This document shows positions 16,439 to 23,375 of a stretch of 24,035 nucleotides of DNA, piece after piece (the stretch's first letter is position 1; each line of letters opens with the position of its first letter). The stretch is from a virus. Its lineage: Duplodnaviria > Caudoviricetes. Location: positions 1 through 24,035 of IMG/VR virus record IMGVR_UViG_3300028862_000107; one strand, 5' to 3'. Under the pieces are notes generated by a model that saw only the letters and a program-made list of their open reading frames with translations, ran no database searches and was not told the DNA's origin. The position numbers and the translations under genes were made by a program.

Positions 16439-16738
16439 ATGATTACTATATCTAAAAATAAATTAGAGGCTGTAAAAGAAATCGCTCGATGGATAATTTT
16501 ATTTATTTTGTCTTGGATAGTTACTCAGGTTCTCGCTCAAATCAACGTCTTGCCTGAATTATTGAATATAAAAATTTGGTTATTTAGTTTCATTATTCCA
16601 CTCCAAAATCTCGTTACTTTTCTTTTGACCTTAGTTGGTCGATACCTAGACAAACTCGTTTATTTAAACAGTAAAGATTTAACCAGTGCTTTCGACCTCG
16701 AAGTAAGCCAAAAAGCTAAGGGATTATTGCCTTTCTAA
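16439..16738 (+). CDS. Putative holin
   Basis: 99 aa with two long hydrophobic segments and a charged C-terminus; in the lysis module. Confidence 0.65.
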   Translation: MITISKNKLEAVKEIARWIILFILSWIVTQVLAQINVLPELLNIKIWLFSFIIPLQNLVTFLLTLVGRYLDKLVYLNSKDLTSAFDLEVSQKAKGLLPF

Positions 16739-16744
16739 AAAATT

Positions 16745-16966
16745 ATGGCAAAAGTAGACAAATTCCCCGTTTGTCCGTATTGTAGGAAAGAGTTGTCGAA
16801 ATTCCATAAACAAATTTTTCAAGAGAGTAGTCTGAGAGAGTTTAGAGGTGAGTTTCATTTTTGTATAAATCCCGATTGTATTCGCAACGATATTAAATTT
16901 ATCAATGGCGTAAAACAAAACCGTCTCGACGGATATGAGTTTGAGTTCATAAAGGCGAAAAAATGA
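16745..16966 (+). CDS. Small zinc-ribbon-like protein
   Basis: CPYC...CINPDC. Confidence 0.65.
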   Translation: MAKVDKFPVCPYCRKELSKFHKQIFQESSLREFRGEFHFCINPDCIRNDIKFINGVKQNRLDGYEFEFIKAKK

Positions 16967-17400
16967 GGCTCGAGAGGTTGATAACAACGGCGTTATTACT
17001 GCCAATAATGCCCTCTGTTACAACTTTCTCGACAGAAACGAAACACAAAATAGCTCAAAACGCCGACTTTCATTGTGAATATTGCGGACTGCCAACGATG
17101 AGAGGTCAATGTCATCACGACTTGCCTCAGTTTTACGGCGGTAGCGACAAAGTAGAAAACGGACATTATCTTTGCGGAGAGAAAGAGAAAGACTGCCACG
17201 AAATTTTTGACAGACAGGCTCTCGATAAGGGAATTTTATTTGATGGGAGACCAATAAAAGACGCCGACCCAGTGATGATTAAATCTCGAAGTAAATTTGA
17301 GAAAGCGATTGATAGATTTAGACCCAAGAATAAACATCAAAAACACCAACGCTACGATTTTGACGACGAGGGAGACATAACGGTCAGGTCTTGGAAATAG
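16963..17400 (+). CDS. HNH endonuclease
   Basis: CEYCG..QCHH..P...GGSD..EN...LC......CH. Confidence 0.85.
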   Translation: MRLERLITTALLLPIMPSVTTFSTETKHKIAQNADFHCEYCGLPTMRGQCHHDLPQFYGGSDKVENGHYLCGEKEKDCHEIFDRQALDKGILFDGRPIKDADPVMIKSRSKFEKAIDRFRPKNKHQKHQRYDFDDEGDITVRSWK

Positions 17401-17499
17401 TTGCTTTTGAGGGGCTTTGGTGAGGTCTTATTTTTAGGCTCTACAAAGGTAAATAAAAAATGATAATCTTAAATATAAACAATTCACACAACACAAAAA

Positions 17500-17703
17500 A
17501 TGGGACTAGAAAATTTCGACGTAAACAAAAATTTCTCAAATATGAAATGCTCGATTTGTAACGGGTTTGGAACGGTCAAACACGGAGCTTTAATTTGTCC
17601 AACTTGTAAGGGTCATAAAGTAATAATTATAGACAAAGACGGCAAAATCATTGACCAAAACTGGGTTATACCTGAGGAAGTCCCAACTGGAAACATCTTT
17701 TAA
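17500..17703 (+). CDS. Small DnaJ-type zinc-finger protein
   Basis: CSICNGFG...CPTCKG (CxxCxGxG-type); CA-rich leader. Confidence 0.7.
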   Translation: MGLENFDVNKNFSNMKCSICNGFGTVKHGALICPTCKGHKVIIIDKDGKIIDQNWVIPEEVPTGNIF

Positions 17704-17712
17704 TTTGATATA

Positions 17713-17741
17713 TTGACACGGGTTTTGTTATAACCTAAAGT
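17713..17741 (+). promoter_or_regulatory. Sigma70-type promoter for the rep leader and rep gene
   Basis: TTGACA-17 bp-TAAAGT; predicted +1 near 17748-17749, at the leader ORF ATG. Confidence 0.65.
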
Positions 17742-17747
17742 GTTGTA

Positions 17748-17861
17748 AATGCGACTTACACAATTACAAAACAATTCCCTAAAAAATAGCAACCCCTCTC
17801 TGTCGGCTGTTTGGTCGTCGCATTCCAAATCAACAACAGGGGGGGATTTTTGTTTTTTAGG
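17748..17861 (+). ncRNA. Structured cis-regulatory RNA (long hairpin plus possible pseudoknot) upstream of rep
   Basis: Nested pairings 17778-17786/17853-17861, 17794-17803/17836-17845 and 17809-17814/17825-17830; loop 17817-17824 is complementary to 17748-17755. Confidence 0.6.
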
Positions 17862-17883
17862 CACTGAGGGGGTCGAGGTATGA
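17749..17883 (+). CDS. Putative 44-aa leader peptide translationally coupled to rep (not in ORF track)
   Basis: MRLTQLQNNSLKNSNPSLSAVWSSHSKSTTGGDFCFLGTEGVEV*; its TGA overlaps the rep ATG (ATGA 17880-17883). Confidence 0.6.
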   Translation: MRLTQLQNNSLKNSNPSLSAVWSSHSKSTTGGDFCFLGTEGVEV

Positions 17884-18638
17884 GTGAAAATAATAGCTGG
17901 GTAAAATTATTTAGAAAATTCAAAGAATGGGGTTGGTACTCTGACATCAATGTTTCAAGATTATTTTTACATTTACTTTTATCCGTAAACTATGAGGATA
18001 AAGACTGGAAAGGGGTAGTTGTAAAACGTGGTCAGGTCATCGTCGGTGTTGAAGATTTGGGCGAACAGACGGGATTATCTCGACAACAGACCCGAACAGC
18101 ACTAAACAAGCTAAAATCAACCAACGAAATAACCATCAAAACTACTACAAAATATACCTTAATTACCGTCAATAAATATAATGATTATCAACAAATAACC
18201 AACAACTTAACCAACGAGCAACCAACGGATAACCAACAAATAACCACAACTAAAGAATATAAGAATAAAAGAATTAAAGAAAATAATAATATATCTATCG
18301 AAACTCGAAAGAAAAAACATTTATACAAAACTGACGAGGTAACTGATTTGATGTGTAAAGAAATCGCTGAAAAATATCAGGTCTCTCTAAAAGATGTTTT
18401 AAACACTCGAGAGAGAATGATTTTGTATTGCGGTAGCACTGGGACTCAATATGCCGATTATAAATTGACGTTGATGAATTTTGTCAGGTCGGCGATTGAT
18501 AGAGGGCAAGTCAGAAAAATTCAGATGGTTAAAACTTACACCCCCGAGATGATTACAATTACCGAAGAGCAGAGAAAGAAAAACTCCGAGAAAATAGCTG
18601 AAATCAAAAATAAATTTCCCATCAAAACTGCCTCTTGA
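17880..18638 (+). CDS. Phage replication initiator (N-terminal winged-helix, lambda O/DnaD-like architecture)
   Basis: WVKLFRK..W.WY, LFLHLLL..N, KRGQ, GLSRQQTRTALNKLKSTNEIT, TLITVNKY..YQ; Q/T/N-rich linker encoded by iterons. Confidence 0.85.
   Translation: MSENNSWVKLFRKFKEWGWYSDINVSRLFLHLLLSVNYEDKDWKGVVVKRGQVIVGVEDLGEQTGLSRQQTRTALNKLKSTNEITIKTTTKYTLITVNKYNDYQQITNNLTNEQPTDNQQITTTKEYKNKRIKENNNISIETRKKKHLYKTDEVTDLMCKEIAEKYQVSLKDVLNTRERMILYCGSTGTQYADYKLTLMNFVRSAIDRGQVRKIQMVKTYTPEMITITEEQRKKNSEKIAEIKNKFPIKTAS
18119..18295 (+). repeat. Putative replication origin: AACCAAC iterons followed by an AT-rich tract, inside rep
   Basis: AACCAAC at 18119, 18197, 18209, 18220 and 18231, variants at 18131 and 18242; spacing 11-12 bp; A/T-rich tract at about 18251-18295. 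Confidence 0.75.
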
Positions 18639-18663
18639 CACCGTTAGAAACGGGCGGTATTAT
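18635..18663 (+). promoter_or_regulatory. Sigma70-type promoter with operator-like sequence in its spacer
   Basis: TTGACA-17 bp-TATTAT; contains ACCGTTA-GAAAC-GGGCGGT (18640-18658). Confidence 0.75.
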
Positions 18664-18700
18664 ATTCTTAATATTACAAATTAAACAACACAAAACAAAA

Positions 18701-18985
18701 ATGACAGACACACAACTAACACTCAAAGACATCTCAAAAAATGACTTTGAAAATTACTGGTATAACCAAAAAGACGGCGATTTAATTATCAACAACGCTG
18801 AGGAAATTTTATCAATGCCAGTCAAAAAATTAGATTTTATCCACGAGAATTTTGAGATTTTAAAAGAAACTTTTATTGATGGTATTCGTTGTCGAGGTTG
18901 TTTTGAAATACTCACCTCTGAATTTAACGACATCGGCGAACACCAAAGCGAGGTTATTTATTCGTGTAAACACTGCGGAGAATAA
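18701..18985 (+). CDS. Hypothetical protein with C-terminal zinc ribbon (likely start ATG 18701)
   Basis: CRGC...CKHC; the track start at 18635 lies on the -35 box, while ATG 18701 follows a CA-rich leader. Confidence 0.65.
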   Translation: MTDTQLTLKDISKNDFENYWYNQKDGDLIINNAEEILSMPVKKLDFIHENFEILKETFIDGIRCRGCFEILTSEFNDIGEHQSEVIYSCKHCGE

Positions 18986-18989
18986 AATT

Positions 18990-19208
18990 ATGGGAGAAAT
19001 AGCAGACGATATGATTAACGGTTTCCAATGCTCGGATTGTGGGACGTGTTTTGAAGAGGAACACGGCTACCCCGTTGTTTGCTCGAGCTGTTGGAGTGAA
19101 TTATTAAAGGACGCAATTAAAAACCCCAAAGACCACGACATAATGCGGGAGAAAGGAAAAATTATTTTAATTGACGGGGTACAAAAAGCAATTTACGGAG
19201 AGTTATAA
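18990..19208 (+). CDS. Small zinc-finger protein (likely start ATG 18990)
   Basis: MGEIADDMINGFQCSDCG..HGYPVVCSSC; AAAATT-ATG start just after the upstream stop. Confidence 0.7.
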   Translation: MGEIADDMINGFQCSDCGTCFEEEHGYPVVCSSCWSELLKDAIKNPKDHDIMREKGKIILIDGVQKAIYGEL

Positions 19209-19238
19209 ATTATTTATTAAAAAACAATACAAAACAAA

Positions 19239-20015
19239 ATGACAAACGAAATCGCAACAGTCGACAGGACTGTAAAACCATTCATCATTTTGGCTGGTGA
19301 ATTAGAAAAGAAAGCCAAAGATTTAAAAGTTGAGACTATCGAACAGTCCCAAGAGGCGAGCTTAATTTTAAAACAATGTCAGGACTCGGAAAAACAAATT
19401 GAAGAGACTAGAACGGCAATCGTGAGACCAATTAACAATAAAATTGCCGAGATAAATAACTCTTTCAGGATAGTTTCTAAACCTTTCGCTGATATTAAAA
19501 TTATTGTCAAAGAGAAAATTTTGACTTTTAACGAAATCCAAGAAAAAAAGCGTAAGGACGAAGAGGCAAGATTGGCAAAAATTGAGGCTGAAAGATTAGC
19601 CAAAATCAAAGCCGAACAGGACAGACTCGCAAAAATCGAATTAGAAAAGAGACTCGCTGAACAGAGAAAACTCGACGCTGATAAAAAGAAAATGTCAGAC
19701 GAGAGAGCAAAACTAGAACAGGAAAAATTAGACCTCGCTCAAAAACAGAGAGATTTAGACGCTGAGAAAAAACGAATTGCCGACGAAAAAGCACTCGCTG
19801 AATTAACAGAAAAGAATAAAAAGGACGCCGAGGAAAAAGCCAAGACTGAAAAAATCAAAGGTGTTACTAAACGCTGGACGTACGAAATTATTGACGAAAA
19901 CCAAATCCCTCGTCAATTCTGCTCGAGCGATAGTAAGAAAATCAACGAGGCAATAAAATCAGGCGTCAGAGTTATTGCTGGGGTTAAAGTTTACGAGGCT
20001 ACTGACATTCGCTAA
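19239..20015 (+). CDS. Coiled-coil protein with Siphovirus Gp157-like C-terminus
   Basis: Long E/K/A/R helical region; C-terminal W.YEIIDE..IPR.F...D.KKI..AIK.G...I.GV. Confidence 0.6.
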   Translation: MTNEIATVDRTVKPFIILAGELEKKAKDLKVETIEQSQEASLILKQCQDSEKQIEETRTAIVRPINNKIAEINNSFRIVSKPFADIKIIVKEKILTFNEIQEKKRKDEEARLAKIEAERLAKIKAEQDRLAKIELEKRLAEQRKLDADKKKMSDERAKLEQEKLDLAQKQRDLDAEKKRIADEKALAELTEKNKKDAEEKAKTEKIKGVTKRWTYEIIDENQIPRQFCSSDSKKINEAIKSGVRVIAGVKVYEATDIR

Positions 20016-20017
20016 TT

Positions 20018-20179
20018 ATGGAAACTCAAATTAAATCAGCCTGTTTTTACAAGATTAAAGACAAAATCTTTATGAACGGAAAACCCCTCGAGGTGGCGAT
20101 TATTGGAATAAAAATACCTGAGGATAGGCGAGACCGTTTTAATTACAGGACTCAAAAACCATTTATTAAAAACAAATAA
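20018..20179 (+). CDS. Small 53-aa hypothetical protein (not in ORF track)
   Basis: METQIKSACFYKIKDKIFMNGKPLEVAIIGIKIPEDRRDRFNYRTQKPFIKNK*; fills the gap between its neighbours. Confidence 0.6.
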   Translation: METQIKSACFYKIKDKIFMNGKPLEVAIIGIKIPEDRRDRFNYRTQKPFIKNK

Positions 20180-20183
20180 AATT

Positions 20184-20486
20184 ATGAAAAAACTTTATAG
20201 ATACGAAATCAGTTATCGAAGTGTCGACGAAGAGACTAGCATTGTTTTGAAAGAGTACCCAGTCGTCAGAGAAACCGAGAATTGTTATTTTATAAATCAT
20301 ACAGTCATCGGAATTTCGATACACGATACAAAAAGAGTTAGTAAAGACGCTTATAATACTTTTGCCTATGACACCAAAGAAAAAGCCAAAGAGCATTTTA
20401 TCCGTAGAACATCGAGGCGGATAGATTGGTTTAATTATTGGAAAGAGGAATGTGAGAAAGGTTTAGAGCTTATCCAAAATTTATGA
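20184..20486 (+). CDS. Hypothetical phage protein
   Basis: 100-aa ORF, AAAATT-ATG start, ATGA overlap with the next gene. Confidence 0.65.
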   Translation: MKKLYRYEISYRSVDEETSIVLKEYPVVRETENCYFINHTVIGISIHDTKRVSKDAYNTFAYDTKEKAKEHFIRRTSRRIDWFNYWKEECEKGLELIQNL

Positions 20487-20704
20487 AACTCACTACTCGA
20501 AAATCAATGGGATACTCGGCAATAAACCCAATTTCTGAAAACGACAAGCCCGACGTTGGTTTTATTTATCAGGAATTAAAGACGGGTGATGAGTACATTG
20601 TCGAATTTAAAATTTTAGGACTATATTTAGTCGAAACTATTAACTCTTTTAGAAATCGTTTTTATAAATTATCAAAGAGTCTATTTCGCAATTTATCTAT
20701 TTGA
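20483..20704 (+). CDS. Hypothetical phage protein
   Basis: 73-aa ORF coupled to the upstream gene by ATGA. Confidence 0.5.
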   Translation: MKLTTRKSMGYSAINPISENDKPDVGFIYQELKTGDEYIVEFKILGLYLVETINSFRNRFYKLSKSLFRNLSI

Positions 20705-20729
20705 CTTTTACTTTTAGAGGTCGTATAAA
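20701..20729 (+). promoter_or_regulatory. Sigma70-type promoter for the recombination operon
   Basis: TTGACT-17 bp-TATAAA, followed by a CA-rich leader. Confidence 0.65.
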
Positions 20730-20762
20730 TAACTAATTACTAATTACATACAATACAAAACA

Positions 20763-21581
20763 ATGACAAAAAGCAATCAAATCACACTCGCTGAAAATAT
20801 CGGTGAGTTAAACAAAATTAAAAAAACCCTGAGCGTTGAGACATATAAATTTCTCAAAAATACAGTATTTCCAACCCTGACCGACAATGAGATAGTTTTG
20901 ATTTTATACAAAGCTCAAAATTTAGGTCTCAATGTTTTAAACGGCGAAGTTACCTCATACTCAACGACCAACAGCAAAAACCAAAGACAACTCGTTTTTA
21001 TTGCTGGAAAAGATGGAAAGGCTAGAATAGCCACCGCCACTCATAAAGTCGAATACGTTAAAAAAGAGGCAATCTATACCAAAGACGGTGTTCGATGTGA
21101 GGCTTGGGAAAATGGCACTCTTTGGGGAGCTATGGCTGAGGTCAAACGAACCGACAGAAACGAACCTTTTAAAGTAACCTGTCCTTTTTCTGAATACAAA
21201 CAAGATAATAAACAATGGAGAGATAAACCCGACACAATGATACAAAAAGTCGCTCTCTCTCAGGCTTATACTGGGGCTTTCCCTGACCTTTTTGATGGTG
21301 TTTATGACGCCTCAGAAATGCCACCAAAACCACTGACTGCCACTGAAAAGACCGAGGGTGCTGAGGTAATTACTGAGGGCGAAGTTTTAGCTCTCGACGG
21401 GGCTAGTGTCGATAAAATCCAAAGTGCCAAAGATATGAAAGAATTAAACGAAATTTGTAGAGTCGTTATTGCTGAGAAAGGTGAGGATTTTAGAGAATTA
21501 GTAACCGCCGAATACAAACTCAAAAGAGAGCAATTTAAAAACGAAACCAAAGAGACACCTGTCGAGGAGACAAAACAATGA
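20763..21581 (+). CDS. recT: RecT/Red-beta family single-strand annealing protein
   Basis: LGLNVL..EV, GKDG..RIA, WGAMAEV.R.DR..P, EY.....W..KP.TMI.KVA.SQA...AFP; adjacent exonuclease. Confidence 0.85.
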   Translation: MTKSNQITLAENIGELNKIKKTLSVETYKFLKNTVFPTLTDNEIVLILYKAQNLGLNVLNGEVTSYSTTNSKNQRQLVFIAGKDGKARIATATHKVEYVKKEAIYTKDGVRCEAWENGTLWGAMAEVKRTDRNEPFKVTCPFSEYKQDNKQWRDKPDTMIQKVALSQAYTGAFPDLFDGVYDASEMPPKPLTATEKTEGAEVITEGEVLALDGASVDKIQSAKDMKELNEICRVVIAEKGEDFRELVTAEYKLKREQFKNETKETPVEETKQ

Positions 21582-22183
21582 TAGTCCATAACGAAATCAA
21601 TCAGAACTCTCCCGAGTGGTTTCAAATTAGATGTGGAAAATTGACAGCCAGCGACGCTCAGGCAATCGCTACTCGAGGAAAGGGACTGGAAACCCTCGTC
21701 GCCAAGAAAGTCGCTGAAATCTTAACAGGTGAGGCAGAGGAAAACGGTTACACAAATCAATTTATGGAAAACGGACACACTCTCGAGGACGACGCCCGTA
21801 TTGCCTACGAATTGGAAACTGGGAATATTGTCGATTGTGTTGGTTTTTGTGAGAGGGATAAATGGTCAGGTGCGTCGCCTGACGGTATGGTCGGAGAGGA
21901 CGGACTCGTTGAAATTAAAAATAAAATTGGCTATCTTTTCGTATTGGAAATGTTGGACGACAAAATTGACTCAGGTCATTATTGGCAAACTCAATATCAA
22001 CTTTGGGTTACTGGGCGACAGTGGTGTGATTACCTCGTCCATAATCCTCGTTTTCCTAAAAAGCTAATTATCAAGAGAGTAACCCGAGACGAGGACGCCA
22101 TCGCCAAAATAGAGGCTGGGGTCAATGACGGTATCGCTCAGATTGAGTCAATGTTAGCTCAAATTAAATGTTTATCAATCTAA
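21578..22183 (+). CDS. YqaJ-like / lambda exonuclease family protein
   Basis: QNSPEW...R.GKLTAS, M..G..LE..AR, GASPDG, VEIK, YWQTQ.QLWVTGR.WCDY. Confidence 0.92.
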   Translation: MIVHNEINQNSPEWFQIRCGKLTASDAQAIATRGKGLETLVAKKVAEILTGEAEENGYTNQFMENGHTLEDDARIAYELETGNIVDCVGFCERDKWSGASPDGMVGEDGLVEIKNKIGYLFVLEMLDDKIDSGHYWQTQYQLWVTGRQWCDYLVHNPRFPKKLIIKRVTRDEDAIAKIEAGVNDGIAQIESMLAQIKCLSI

Positions 22184-22187
22184 AAAT

Positions 22188-22598
22188 ATGCCTGAAAATC
22201 AAACAATAGAGACAATCAAAGAGTCGGTTGAAAGACTATCGACCCAGTTATTACAAAAAAAATACAATCTCAAAAAAGCCAAAGAACTGAGAGAGGATAT
22301 TTTAATCAGTCAGGACGGTTATAAAAAAATAAATATCGACTACAAAGACGCTCGTCTCAAAAAAGATATTTTTAAAATCAATCTTGAAAAAGAAAATCCA
22401 ACCTACAAAGCCACCGTTGACAAAGTCAAAGACGCCAGTTTAGAGCTGAAAGTCGTCGAGGACGCTATCAGTCAACAACTCTCGGATTACGTCGCTCAAA
22501 AAGGCGAGTTTGCTATCCCAAAGACTAACGGTGAAAAGGTTCGTTTTAGAATTAAATGTTTATTTTCAGCTAGACAATTAAAATTGTTTACAGAATAA
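22188..22598 (+). CDS. Helical hypothetical protein ending in a QLKLF motif
   Basis: 136 aa, coiled-coil-like; C-terminal RQLKLFTE. Confidence 0.65.
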   Translation: MPENQTIETIKESVERLSTQLLQKKYNLKKAKELREDILISQDGYKKINIDYKDARLKKDIFKINLEKENPTYKATVDKVKDASLELKVVEDAISQQLSDYVAQKGEFAIPKTNGEKVRFRIKCLFSARQLKLFTE

Positions 22599-22600
22599 TT

Positions 22601-22927
22601 ATGTCAAGACCAAAACACGAAAAAATTAAATTGAAATATCTCACTCTCGAGCCAATTTATAAACAGGCTGTCGAGTTTTTAAAAATTAAACAGTGGGAAA
22701 TCGCCTACGCTATCGGTGTATCTCGGGTTAGAGTAACCTCAGCTTTGAACGGTAAAAGGTTGAAAGAGATAACAGCCAATCGAATTGCTGAGTATATTTC
22801 TTGGAGAGAAAAAGGAAAGCCTAAGGCTTATTATTTAACTCCCGAGCAATACGACTATCTAAAAAAGAGCAAAAAATATAAAGATGTTTTTATTGAAGAG
22901 GCAGAAATATTTTTTAATCAAAACTAA
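22601..22927 (+). CDS. XRE/Cro-like helix-turn-helix DNA-binding protein
   Basis: IKQWEIAYAIGVSRVRVTSALNG fits the XRE HTH pattern. Confidence 0.75.
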   Translation: MSRPKHEKIKLKYLTLEPIYKQAVEFLKIKQWEIAYAIGVSRVRVTSALNGKRLKEITANRIAEYISWREKGKPKAYYLTPEQYDYLKKSKKYKDVFIEEAEIFFNQN

Positions 22928-22929
22928 TT

Positions 22930-23304
22930 ATGACCACTAAAAACAAAAATAGAAAAATCAACAAAAATAAAGAGGCTGAGATTTTGCGACGTGTCGCTGA
23001 GGCTCAGGCTAAGGCGGAACTTGCTAAAAAAGAATATTCCCATTTTGGGGTAGAGGTTACTGAATACGAAAGAATTAAATTGACGGGAGCTGAGAGCTTT
23101 GTTGTCAGTGATGGAATTTATGAATTTAAAGCCTCTCTCAAAGATTTCGAGGCTCACTCGATACTCAGAGACGAACCGTTGCCCGACGCCAAAGAGGGAG
23201 AGCCAAAATTTAAACAGATGAGAGTTTTGGAAATCCAATACTGGAAAGTTGCCCCGATAAGAATTGAGGGAATACTCGACAAAAAAGATATCGGAATTGC
23301 TTAA
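22930..23304 (+). CDS. Hypothetical phage protein
   Basis: 124-aa ORF with TAATT-ATG start directly after the upstream stop. Confidence 0.6.
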   Translation: MTTKNKNRKINKNKEAEILRRVAEAQAKAELAKKEYSHFGVEVTEYERIKLTGAESFVVSDGIYEFKASLKDFEAHSILRDEPLPDAKEGEPKFKQMRVLEIQYWKVAPIRIEGILDKKDIGIA

Positions 23305-23314
23305 ACTTGCTCTA

Positions 23315-23343
23315 TTGACACCGCCCGAATAGGGCGGTAATAT
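23315..23343 (+). promoter_or_regulatory. Sigma70-type promoter with a perfect palindromic operator-like sequence in its spacer
   Basis: TTGACA-17 bp-TAATAT; ACCGCCC-GAATA-GGGCGGT (23320-23338). Confidence 0.75.
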
Positions 23344-23375
23344 AAATCTAGTTATACATTACATACAATACAAAA

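Noticed and set aside
16963-17400. HNH gene as an intron-encoded or mobile homing element
   Set aside because: It interrupts no gene and shows no intron-like flanks; it is coupled by ATGA to its neighbour like a resident phage gene.
22162-22563. 14-bp direct repeat AATTAAATGTTTAT at 22162-22175 and 22550-22563
   Set aside because: Very AT-rich, inside coding sequence and with no associated structure; likely chance.
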